From: Oscillospiraceae bacterium
GTDB taxonomy: Bacteria; Bacillota; Clostridia; Oscillospirales; Ruminococcaceae
DNA: 64,000 bases
Reading direction: 5' to 3'
Assembly: GCA_009777155.1 (NCBI GenBank)
Contig: WRMK01000002.1
Location: 213 to 64,212, forward strand
Each line of letters starts with the position of its first letter. The first letter of the stretch is position 1. Made by a program: the position numbers and the translations under genes. The notes below the pieces were generated by a model, which saw nothing but the letters and a program-made list of their open reading frames with translations, did no database searches and was not told where the DNA came from. Shown piece after piece: positions 26,310-34,470 of this stretch.

Positions 26310-28265
26310 ATGAAAGCTCGCCTACCGCAAACCAAATCCCTATCCTACGACTTCGACCAGAACATCACCCTCTCAATCGGCATGATTGTGAAAAACGAGG
26401 AGAAGATGCTCGAGACCTGCCTTGCCCGCATTAAGCCCTTGTTGGACGCAGTGCCGAGCGAACTCGTCATCATCGACACCGGCTCGACGGACAAAACCGT
26501 CGAGATTGCCAAACGCTACACCTCCAAAGTCTATCACTTTGACTGGATTAATGACTTCGGAGCGGCGCGGAACTTCAGCCTGCAAAAGTGCAAGGGGCAG
26601 TGGTTCATGTTCCTTGATGCCGACGACCATTTCACCGATGTCAGCGAGATGATAAAATTCTTCAATACCCAAGATATTCACAAGAATTACAACACCGCCT
26701 ACTATATAACCCGCAATTTCTTCGACATAACCTACACCGATTACTCGGTTTTTTACGTACAGCGAATCGCCCGCAGAACCAACGACCTTCATTTTGAGGG
26801 GGCAATTCATGAGGCGTTCACGCCGATTTACACCCCGTCCTACTACTTCAATTCATATGCCTATCACTACGGCTACGCCTTTGAGACCGAGGAAATCAAG
26901 GAGACCAAGCGGGAGCGGAACTTGAGCCTGCTCTGGAAAGAATACGAGCAGACCCCCGACGATTTGCGTACCCTGCACCATTTGGTATCTTGCATGAAAG
27001 ACGCCGACCCGCAAAAACCCGCAATCGCCGAAAGGGCAATGAGCTTGGCAGACGCCGCCGATAATTCCACCACGCCGATTTTGTACACAGCTTATTTTAA
27101 CGCCTTTGACATGTACAAAAACCAAGGCGAACCCGACAAAGCCCTTGCCGCCTTGACACGTGCCGAAAAAAAGGCGACCCCGGATAACGCCGCCCGCATT
27201 GAACTCCACGCCGCCCGCGCCGTGTTGCTGTTGGAACTAAAAAAGTATGCGGAGGCCGAGCAGTCTTTGCGGGAATACTTCGCGTTGTTCGAGCGGCAAG
27301 ATTCCTTAGACAAGAGCGTGTTGGCGTTTTTGGTGTCACGGTATATTGCCCCCGAAAAATACATCGAACTCAAAAACCGCCACGCCCTCTGCATAGCCTT
27401 GCAAGGCCGCCCCGAAGCGGCTTTCACGGCTTACGACGGCCTAAATTTCAATACTCTCGATTCCGCGCTATACAAGGCGGTAATCAACGCGGCGGCAGTC
27501 ATTGCAAAGGAATACCCGCCCTCACAAGGCGGCCTCGCAAAGCTTTACGAGACGGTTGCGACGACTTGTGATAGCGACAAAACCTCCTACTTCGAGCGGA
27601 AGGCGGAGGAACTCTATCTCACCGACAAGACTTTAGCCGAGAATTTCAAAGGCACGGGCAAATTCGCCGAGCTGATGAAAATCTGCCTTGATTGCAACAC
27701 GGCAGACTTAGCAAAATTCATAGGCAGTCAAAAGCTGTCTGCGGGCTATTCCGAGGCGGCTTACCTCGCCCTCAAAAATAACATCGACCTCTCCCCCGCA
27801 TTGTCCCGCATGAACTTTGAGGACATACTGGTGCATTTGTCGATGATTGCGCGGTACAAAGCCGATGAAGTCGCCGCACTTGCGCTAAATTACCGTCCTG
27901 CAAGCGACGATTTTTACTTTACAAGTATCAAGCACCTGCTCTTTGCAACACTGCTCTTTGAGACGGCAATCGGCGGCGCGGACAAGCTTGAAAAAGCGGA
28001 CAAGTCGCAAGTTTACAACAACTACGCGAAATACTCCGCGCTGTTCGTAGCCAACGCCTACAACCCCGCCCTGCTCAACGAATCCGACATCGCCGCCCTC
28101 CCCGAGACCCACCGCTTCGGCTACTACCTCGGCACGGCGCAGAAACTTTTAGACACAGGCGACAAACTCGGGTACATCAAGGAACTCAAAAAGGCCCTCA
28201 CCGCCTGCAATTCCATGCAGACTGTGGTGCAGTTTTTGTTGGAAGAACTTACGGCTACGTTGTAG
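26310..28265 (+). CDS. family-2 glycosyltransferase fused to a TPR-like helical domain
   Basis: LSIGMIVKNEE...IIDTGSTD...FLDADD GT2 motifs; start ATG 26310 behind AAGGAG. Confidence 0.8.
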   Translation: MKARLPQTKSLSYDFDQNITLSIGMIVKNEEKMLETCLARIKPLLDAVPSELVIIDTGSTDKTVEIAKRYTSKVYHFDWINDFGAARNFSLQKCKGQWFMFLDADDHFTDVSEMIKFFNTQDIHKNYNTAYYITRNFFDITYTDYSVFYVQRIARRTNDLHFEGAIHEAFTPIYTPSYYFNSYAYHYGYAFETEEIKETKRERNLSLLWKEYEQTPDDLRTLHHLVSCMKDADPQKPAIAERAMSLADAADNSTTPILYTAYFNAFDMYKNQGEPDKALAALTRAEKKATPDNAARIELHAARAVLLLELKKYAEAEQSLREYFALFERQDSLDKSVLAFLVSRYIAPEKYIELKNRHALCIALQGRPEAAFTAYDGLNFNTLDSALYKAVINAAAVIAKEYPPSQGGLAKLYETVATTCDSDKTSYFERKAEELYLTDKTLAENFKGTGKFAELMKICLDCNTADLAKFIGSQKLSAGYSEAAYLALKNNIDLSPALSRMNFEDILVHLSMIARYKADEVAALALNYRPASDDFYFTSIKHLLFATLLFETAIGGADKLEKADKSQVYNNYAKYSALFVANAYNPALLNESDIAALPETHRFGYYLGTAQKLLDTGDKLGYIKELKKALTACNSMQTVVQFLLEELTATL

Positions 28266-28266
28266 C

Positions 28267-28455
28267 TAATGCAGAAATAAGAATGCAGAATGCAGAAATT
28301 ATTTCTAATGCAGAAATGAGAATGCAGAATGCAGAAATGAAATCACTTTGCAATTGACAATGATTTTATTTTGTGCTATAATTAAATAACGCAGAAATAA
28401 ATAAAATTACAACTACTTGAATACTTAATTATTTCTGCATTCTGCATTCTGCATT
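28267..28455. repeat. AATGCAG-armed hairpin cassette whose loop carries a consensus promoter
   Basis: Left arms (AATGCAG)n AAAT at 28267-28339; right arm ATTTCTGCATTCTGCATTCTGCATT at 28429-28455. Confidence 0.75.
28354..28382 (+). promoter_or_regulatory. perfect consensus promoter of the GH13-PurC gene
   Basis: TTGACA-17 nt-TGcTATAAT. Confidence 0.7.
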
Positions 28456-28478
28456 ATTATTTACTTATGAGGTGAACT

Positions 28479-30623
28479 ATGTCCTACTGGTTTGAAAACG
28501 CTGTAATCTATCACATCTACCCGCTTGGCTACTGCGGTTGCCCCAAAGATAATCCTTACTTGGAAAAGCCGGGTAAACCCGCGGGCGAAAGTCCTATTCT
28601 GAAAGTCTTAGAGCATATCCCGACTATTAAGAAACTCGGATTCAACGCCCTCTACATAGGCCCGGTGTTTGAATCCACCCGCCACGGGTACGACACCGCC
28701 GACTTCTTGAAAATCGACTCGCGACTTGGCACAAACGCAGACTTCGCGCGTGTTTGCAAGGAGTTGCACAAGAACGGTATTCGGGTAATTCTCGATGCCG
28801 TGTTCAATCATGTCGGGCGGGATTTCTTCGCCTTCAAAGACCTGCGCCAAAATCGGGGCGGCGGCAAATACGCAGGCTGGTTCCACACTCGCGGCGGCAA
28901 TTCCAATTACAACGACGGCTTTTTTTACGAGGGTTGGGAGGGGCATTACGAGTTGGTAAAGCTGAATTTGCAGAACCCCGAGGTGAAAAACCACTTGAAA
29001 GAGGCGGTGACGACTTGGTACAAGGAATACGGCATTGACGGCTTGCGGCTTGACGTCGCATACAGCTTGGACTTGGGCTTTCTGCGGGAACTCCGTAGCC
29101 ACTGCAAAAGCTTAGAACCCGACTTTTGGCTGATGGGCGAGACTTTGCATGGCGATTACAACGTATGGATGAACCCCGAAATGTGCGACAGTGTCACAAA
29201 TTATCAGTGCTACAAGGGGCTGTATTCGAGCTTCAACGACCTCAATATGTTCGAGATTGCACATTCTTTCAACGACCACTTTATGAACAAATACAGGGGC
29301 AAAAAACTCTATTGTTTTGTGGATAATCACGATGTTGGGCGAATTGCGTCGGTCTTGAAGAACCCCGCGCATTTGTTGCCGCTGTATGCTTTAATGTTCA
29401 CCATGCCGGGCATACCGGGGGTTTATTATGGCAGCGAATACGGCTTCAAAGCCGCCAAGAGCCAAGGCGACGACGCCCTGCGCCCCGAATTTTCTTTGAA
29501 GACCGTCAAGGACACTGAACTCACCCGCGCAATTGCGAAATTGGCGCATGCTCATGCAGGCTTAAAGCCGCTTTGGGACGGCGATTATCGGCAAGTCGTG
29601 TTGAATAATCAGTACTTTGCTTTTGCACGTTCGGCGGGCGGCGAGACGGTCTACACGCTGATTAATGCGAGTGCGGCGCCTGTCGGGTTTAACTTGGGCG
29701 GCGCGGGGAATTATGCTGATGTGCTGACGGGAGAAGTGTTTAATATAAGTCGCGAGGTGAAAGTTGCGGCGTGTAGTGCTATGATACTGGCAGTCACTGA
29801 TGCGCCTGTGAAAGTTTCTGCGCCGATTCAAAAGGTAGCGAAAACTCCCGAACCTGCAAAAGTTTCTGCTCCTGTGCAAGAAGTACCGAAAACTCCCGCG
29901 CCCGCAAAAGTTTCCGAACCCGCGAAAACCGCGCCTGTTCTGATTGCGCGCGGTAAGACCAAGGACGTATTCGACCTCGGCGACGGAACTTTCCTGTTCA
30001 AGTTCAAGGACAACGCCACGGTCAACGACGATGGGCAATTCGACCCGGGCGGTAACACCGTGGGCCTTACAATCGGCGGCTTGGGCGAGGCGAATTTGAA
30101 GCTTACCAAGCACCTTTTCGAGAAAATCAACGCCGCCGGATACCCCACTCACTTTGTCAGCGCGAATCTCGAGAAAGCCGAGATGACCGTTCGCCCCGCT
30201 GTGGTGTTCGGCAAGGACGGCAAGGGCTTGGAGGCCGTCTGCCGTTTCCGCGCAACCGGCAGTTTCATTCGGCGTTACGGGCAGTATGCCAAGGAGGGCG
30301 ATGCGCTGAACGGCTTGGTGGAAATTACCCTGAAAGACGACCAACGCGGCGACCCGCCGATTACCCAAGACACCCTCGTGACACTCGGCATTTTAACCAA
30401 TGACGAGTACCGAATTTTGTCGGAACTCACAAAGGGTATTTCGCACTTGTTGAAATTTATCTTCGCCGAAAAGGGCTTGGATTTGTATGATTTGAAGTTG
30501 GAATTTGGCAAGGTTGACGGTAAAATCGTGCTGATTGACGAGATTGCGGGCGGCAGTATGCGGGTCTACAGGGACGGCAAGGGGCTGACGCCGTTTGAGC
30601 TTACGGAAATAATTACACGATAA
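28479..30623 (+). CDS. GH13 alpha-amylase-family enzyme fused via a Pro/Ala/Lys linker to a SAICAR-synthetase (PurC)-like domain
   Basis: GH13 regions DAVFNHVG, GLRLDVA, MGETLH and VDNHD. C-terminal GKTKDVF...FKFKDNAT...PTHFV...GSFIRRYG...LKDDQRGDP...KLEFG...LIDEI matches the PurC layout. Confidence 0.8.
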   Translation: MSYWFENAVIYHIYPLGYCGCPKDNPYLEKPGKPAGESPILKVLEHIPTIKKLGFNALYIGPVFESTRHGYDTADFLKIDSRLGTNADFARVCKELHKNGIRVILDAVFNHVGRDFFAFKDLRQNRGGGKYAGWFHTRGGNSNYNDGFFYEGWEGHYELVKLNLQNPEVKNHLKEAVTTWYKEYGIDGLRLDVAYSLDLGFLRELRSHCKSLEPDFWLMGETLHGDYNVWMNPEMCDSVTNYQCYKGLYSSFNDLNMFEIAHSFNDHFMNKYRGKKLYCFVDNHDVGRIASVLKNPAHLLPLYALMFTMPGIPGVYYGSEYGFKAAKSQGDDALRPEFSLKTVKDTELTRAIAKLAHAHAGLKPLWDGDYRQVVLNNQYFAFARSAGGETVYTLINASAAPVGFNLGGAGNYADVLTGEVFNISREVKVAACSAMILAVTDAPVKVSAPIQKVAKTPEPAKVSAPVQEVPKTPAPAKVSEPAKTAPVLIARGKTKDVFDLGDGTFLFKFKDNATVNDDGQFDPGGNTVGLTIGGLGEANLKLTKHLFEKINAAGYPTHFVSANLEKAEMTVRPAVVFGKDGKGLEAVCRFRATGSFIRRYGQYAKEGDALNGLVEITLKDDQRGDPPITQDTLVTLGILTNDEYRILSELTKGISHLLKFIFAEKGLDLYDLKLEFGKVDGKIVLIDEIAGGSMRVYRDGKGLTPFELTEIITR

Positions 30624-30740
30624 TGCAGAAATAAAAATGCAGAATGCAGAAATGTCTTTAATTATAGGCGGTGCGCCGTGCGAGACCCGCTTAAAAATTA
30701 AATTATTTCTGCATTCTGCATTTTGCATTTTTATTTACTT
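30621..30740. repeat. AATGCAG-armed hairpin element
   Basis: aatgcagaatgcagaaat...atttctgcattctgcat arms around a loop of about 50 nt. Confidence 0.8.
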
Positions 30741-30859
30741 TGTCCGCATTCGCACGGCTTTTCCTCGGTGCATTTGCAGTCGGGCGCGCATAGGCAGACC
30801 GGCTCGCAGAAGCAATGCGGGTTGTCGCAGCCGTTGTCGGGTTTTGTGCGTTTTTCCAT
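30731..30859 (-). CDS. 42-aa cysteine-rich (metallothionein-like) peptide, not in the ORF track
   Basis: GGAGGTG SD then ATG; MEKRTKPDNGCDNPHCFCEPVCLCAPDCKCTEEKPCECGQSK (9 Cys, 1 His). Confidence 0.6.
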   Translation of the reverse strand: MEKRTKPDNGCDNPHCFCEPVCLCAPDCKCTEEKPCECGQSK

Positions 30860-30945
30860 GGTTTCACCTCCTTTCGGTTAATGTAGAAATGATAATGCAG
30901 AATGCAGAAATGGCGTGGGGTTTGCGGTTGTGGGGAATTTTTGTT

Positions 30946-31740
30946 GTAGGGGCGCGCATTGCGCGTCCGTGATTTTACGCAGAACGTGGGGGTTGCGGTT
31001 GATGTTGTTTTGTCTGTAGGGGCGCGCATTGCGCGTCCGTGGTTTTATGCGCCGTGTATTTTCCTGTTGTGAAAATTTTTTGTTGTAGGGAACGGTTCTT
31101 AACCGTTCCGATGATGAAACCGTGTAAAATTTCGCAAAATATAAATCCGCGCAAACCTACGCAAATTACAGGCTTGCGGAAACTTGGCGGAACGGTTAAG
31201 AACCGTTCCCTACATAACACCGCGCTGTGTTTCGGGGGGTGCGGCGTTTCCGTGGGATTTACGGGCGAACGCAGTTCGCCCCTACGTTCATGACGTTTTT
31301 TATGTGGTTGAAAATTTTTATTGTAGGGAACGGTTCGTAACCGTTCCGAAAGTTTCAACGACCCCATAAACGGAACGGTTATGAACCGTTCCCTACATAA
31401 CACCGCGCTGTGTTTCGGGGGGCTTGCGGCGTTTCCGTGGGATTTGTGGGCGTGTGGATTGCATGTTTGTGTGGGTTTGCGGTCGTGTGGATTGCGCGTT
31501 TGTGTGGATTTGCGGGCGTGTGGGATTTGCGGGCGAACGCAGTTCGCCCCTACATTCATGACGTTTTTTATGTGGTTGAAAATTTTTGCAGTGCGGACGC
31601 GCAATGCGCGCCCCTACAATAGGTGGGATTTGCGGCGTTTCCGTGGGATTTTGCGAACGACCGGGGGCGGTCGCCCCTACAATCGGTGGGTTTTGCGGCG
31701 TTTCCGTGGGATTTACGGACGCGCAATGCGCGCCCCTACA
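30946..31740. repeat. largest REP-like hairpin cluster (about 15 units)
   Basis: GTAGGG-headed hairpins with GCGCGCA, AACGGTT, GCGAAC and ACGACCG stems in both orientations. Confidence 0.9.
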
Positions 31741-32602
31741 ATCGTCGAACCTCAATCGTCGCATGACCTATCCCCTCGTGTTCCAGTACCCCCCGCATTT
31801 CCCCCCGCACACGCGCCTCCTCCCCGGGCGGCAAATCCCCCGCGACATCCACCGTAACCGTCAGCACGTTGTATTCCTCGTCCAACGCCCAGATTCGCAG
31901 GTCGCTTATGCCGATTACGCCCTCGACGGCGTTCAGCTTGTCGGCGATTGCGCCGCGCTCGATTCCGACGGGTGCGGCTTGCAGAATTATCGGCATAATC
32001 TGCTTGATATTTTTTGCCACATTGTACAATACGAAAAATGCAATCCCGATTGAAAGCAGCGGGTCGATAATCGTCAGCCCGGTGAAGTACATCACGCCTG
32101 AGCCGACCAGCACCGCCGCCCACCCCAGCACGTCTTCGAGCAGGTGCAGTGAGACGACTCGCTCGTTAATCGAGCTTGCCTTGCGGGTTTTCAGCACGCC
32201 TATGCCGTTTGCGATTATGCCGATTATTGCAAGAAAAAACATACCCGCCGCGTTAGTTTCCTGCGGTGTAATCAAGCGCGGGATTGCCTCCGACAAAATA
32301 TACACGCTCCCGATAATCAGCACGATTGACGTAATAACCGCGCCCATCAGCGAGAATCGCCGGTAGCCGTATGTATATTTGTCGGTCGCGGCTTTTTTGG
32401 ATTTGCGCTGAAAATACCACGCGAGGGCGAGCGATAAACTGTCCCCGAAATCGTGGACTGCGTCCGACATTATCGCCACGCTGTTGGTTAAAATGCCGCC
32501 GATTATTTCGATGAGGGTGAATGATAGGTTTAGGAAAAATGCTGTGCTGATGTTGTCGGTGGGGTTACTGTGGGTGTGGTTGTGATTGTGATTGTGTGCC
32601 AT
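31736..32602 (-). CDS. czcD: cation diffusion facilitator family metal efflux transporter
   Basis: His-rich N-terminus (HNHNHNHTH), SDAVHDFGD and HLLEDVLGW motifs. Confidence 0.88.
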   Translation of the reverse strand: MAHNHNHNHTHSNPTDNISTAFFLNLSFTLIEIIGGILTNSVAIMSDAVHDFGDSLSLALAWYFQRKSKKAATDKYTYGYRRFSLMGAVITSIVLIIGSVYILSEAIPRLITPQETNAAGMFFLAIIGIIANGIGVLKTRKASSINERVVSLHLLEDVLGWAAVLVGSGVMYFTGLTIIDPLLSIGIAFFVLYNVAKNIKQIMPIILQAAPVGIERGAIADKLNAVEGVIGISDLRIWALDEEYNVLTVTVDVAGDLPPGEEARVRGEMRGVLEHEGIGHATIEVRRL

Positions 32603-32735
32603 TTTTTACCTCCGATTTTTATAATGCAGAATGCAGAATGCAAAATGCAGAAATAATTTAATTTTCAGGTGGTTTTCCAACGGATATGTACGTAATATTT
32701 TTATTTATTTCTGCATTCTGCATTATTATTTCTGC
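32603..32735. repeat. AATGCAG-armed hairpin element (55-nt conserved loop)
   Basis: Near-identical to 33455-33590. Confidence 0.85.
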
Positions 32736-33454
32736 ATTCTTTTGCGTATTTCATTGACATTCCAATTCATCAAATGCCGCACCATGTACCTGAAACAAAA
32801 CTGCTTAAACCGCCCGCCTTTTTGCCTATGCGCCGAAAAGAGCTCGTCGGGGGTGTCGTAGATGCCGAGGTCTTGTATAATGCCCTCGTTTTGAATGTAG
32901 GTGCTGTTTTCGTTCCATTCGATAGTCGGGTTCTTGAAATCGGCGGTCGCTACGCCGTACCCGCAGAACGCGCCTTCGCAGGCCTTGAATTTATTCTGCA
33001 ACGCCCCGAGATAGGCCTTGTCCAAAATAAATCCTTCCAGGTTCAGCCACTCGCCGTTGTAGTTGATTTCAACCCATGAGTGCAGAATTTCCCGCGGTGA
33101 CAAGGCGTAATAAAACCCTTTCATTGCGCCCTTTTGCAGGGTTTTGTCGATGTAAAACCCATGTATTCGGCACTCGACACCAACAGCACGCAGCAGTGCC
33201 ATAAACAGCGTGCCTTTGGTGTTGCACTGGCCGTAATTGTCCGCAAGCACGCTCGACGCCGCGATATTATCGCTTATGTTGTACCCGAAAATTATTTCAT
33301 CGCGGACATAGTTATATATGCCGAGGATTTTTTCCTTGTCGGTTTGATTGCGCCAATCGCGCTCTGTGACTAAGTTTTGTATGGCGGGGTGGTTGTAATT
33401 CAGCATGGTGGTTGGGGATAGTAGGGGGGTGTGTGGCATGTTTTGTTCCTCCAT
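32726..33454 (-). CDS. transglutaminase-like (Cys-His-Asp) domain protein
   Basis: GQCNTKGTLFMALLRAVGV...HSWVE...LEGFILD. Confidence 0.75.
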   Translation of the reverse strand: MEEQNMPHTPLLSPTTMLNYNHPAIQNLVTERDWRNQTDKEKILGIYNYVRDEIIFGYNISDNIAASSVLADNYGQCNTKGTLFMALLRAVGVECRIHGFYIDKTLQKGAMKGFYYALSPREILHSWVEINYNGEWLNLEGFILDKAYLGALQNKFKACEGAFCGYGVATADFKNPTIEWNENSTYIQNEGIIQDLGIYDTPDELFSAHRQKGGRFKQFCFRYMVRHLMNWNVNEIRKRMQK

Positions 33455-33590
33455 TTTTTAATGCAGAATGCAGAATGCAAAATGCAGAAATAATTTAATT
33501 TTCAGGTGGTTTTCCAACGGATTTGTACATAATATTTCAATTTATTTCTGCATTCTGCATTCTGCATTCTGCATTTCTTTTTGGTTTTCA
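33455..33590. repeat. AATGCAG-armed hairpin element (55-nt conserved loop)
   Basis: (AATGCAG)n AAATAATTTAATTTTCAGGTGGTTTTCCAACGG...TTATTTCTGCATTCTGCATT. Confidence 0.85.
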
Positions 33591-33907
33591 CAGCAGATAC
33601 AACTGCAATTCCGCCCCGTCTCGGTGACACCCCGCAGAAATCCCAGAAACTCGTCGATTACCGCGCGATTGAGGGTGTAGTAAGTACGCTTGCCGACTTT
33701 GCGCGGGATTGTCAAGCCGCAGTCGGTGAGGATTCGCATGTGGTGAGACAAGGTCGGCTGTGTAATCCCGAGGTTCTCGAGCAATCGGCAGGCGCAATAT
33801 TCGTCGCAGGTGCAATTCTCGTCCCGCGCCAATGTGTCGATAATCAGCAGGCGGTTGGGGTCGGCGAAAGCCTTTAGTAGTGCGATGTTGGGGGTGTATT
33901 GTTCCAT
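33542..33907 (-). CDS. ArsR/SmtB-family metalloregulator
   Basis: FADPNRLLIIDTL...CTCD...ITQPTLSHHMRIL HTH; Cys-rich C-terminus; start trimmed to ATG 33907. Confidence 0.85.
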   Translation of the reverse strand: MEQYTPNIALLKAFADPNRLLIIDTLARDENCTCDEYCACRLLENLGITQPTLSHHMRILTDCGLTIPRKVGKRTYYTLNRAVIDEFLGFLRGVTETGRNCSCICCENQKEMQNAECRMQK

Positions 33908-34030
33908 TTTTCGATACCGTGCCGCCCTCGGTCGCAATAATTACAAAAACTGTTGCGGCACGGGGCAGACCTTCCTGTATTATTCTCAAAATGCACGCCC
34001 AATACGAGCGATACATTGATGACTATCTAT

Positions 34031-34059
34031 ATTATACACCATACATTGACGCTTGTCAA
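34031..34059 (-). promoter_or_regulatory. perfect consensus promoter (minus strand) for the arsR operon, overlapped by the ATTGAC-GCTT-GTCAAT palindrome
   Basis: Minus strand reads TTGACA-17 nt-TGgTATAAT. Confidence 0.55.
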
Positions 34060-34097
34060 TATGTTTTTGAAAAAATTTTTTCGCCGAAAAATTTTTG

Positions 34098-34126
34098 TTG
34101 ACAAACCCGAAATGGTGTGGTATAAT
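34098..34126 (+). promoter_or_regulatory. perfect consensus promoter of tRNA-Leu
   Basis: TTGACA-17 nt-TGgTATAAT. Confidence 0.7.
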
Positions 34127-34144
34127 GTATGATGTGGCAAAAAA

Positions 34145-34227
34145 GGCGCTGTGTCGGAATGGCAGACGAGGTAGACTCAAAATCTTCTGTAGGTAACTAC
34201 GTGTGGGTTCAAGTCCCACCAGCGCCA
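34145..34227 (+). tRNA. tRNA-Leu (anticodon CAA), class II with a long variable arm
   Basis: 7-bp acceptor GGCGCTG/CAGCGCC, anticodon loop CTCAAAA, T-arm GTGGGTTCAAGTCCCAC; CCA not encoded. Confidence 0.9.
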
Positions 34228-34230
34228 TAG

Positions 34231-34267
34231 AAATACCCGACCCTTTAGGGGTCGGGTATTTCTTTTT
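34231..34267 (+). terminator. intrinsic terminator of tRNA-Leu
   Basis: aaatacccgaccc tttag gggtcgggtattt followed by cttttt. Confidence 0.8.
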
Positions 34268-34355
34268 GGCGGTTGGACACTTGGACCCACCGGGTTCTAA
34301 GTCCCGCCATTGCAAACCTATTTTGAAGTTAATCGGCTATATATTCTTTTTCAAC

Positions 34356-34379
34356 GTAGGGGCGAACTGCGTTCGCCCG
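34356..34379. repeat. single REP-like hairpin
   Basis: GTAGGGGCGAACTGCGTTCGCCCG. Confidence 0.85.
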
Positions 34380-34470
34380 TGGGTTTTTATCGGTTGCGGG
34401 CGGGCATGGAAACACCGCAACCACGGCGTTATTCACGAACAACCGATGGCAGTCCTCCCTACAACACGCC

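Noticed and set aside
30975-31604. 209-aa ORF (minus strand), and many similar 60-160-aa ORFs at 2160-2500, 7584-7850, 10915-11933, 13417-13660, 17801-18422, 25454-26297, 31039-31857, 41274-41471 and 42223-42642
   Set aside because: They lie entirely within REP-like hairpin clusters. Their peptides are repeat translations (recurring RERFLTVP, GANCVRP and RTRNARPY strings), with no SD and no family resemblance.
32631-32861. ORFs beginning MQNAKCRNNLIFRWFSNG (also at 33468-33680 and 30637-30972)
   Set aside because: The start and first 20-30 codons are a translation of the AATGCAG hairpin element, and the remainder is antisense to real genes.
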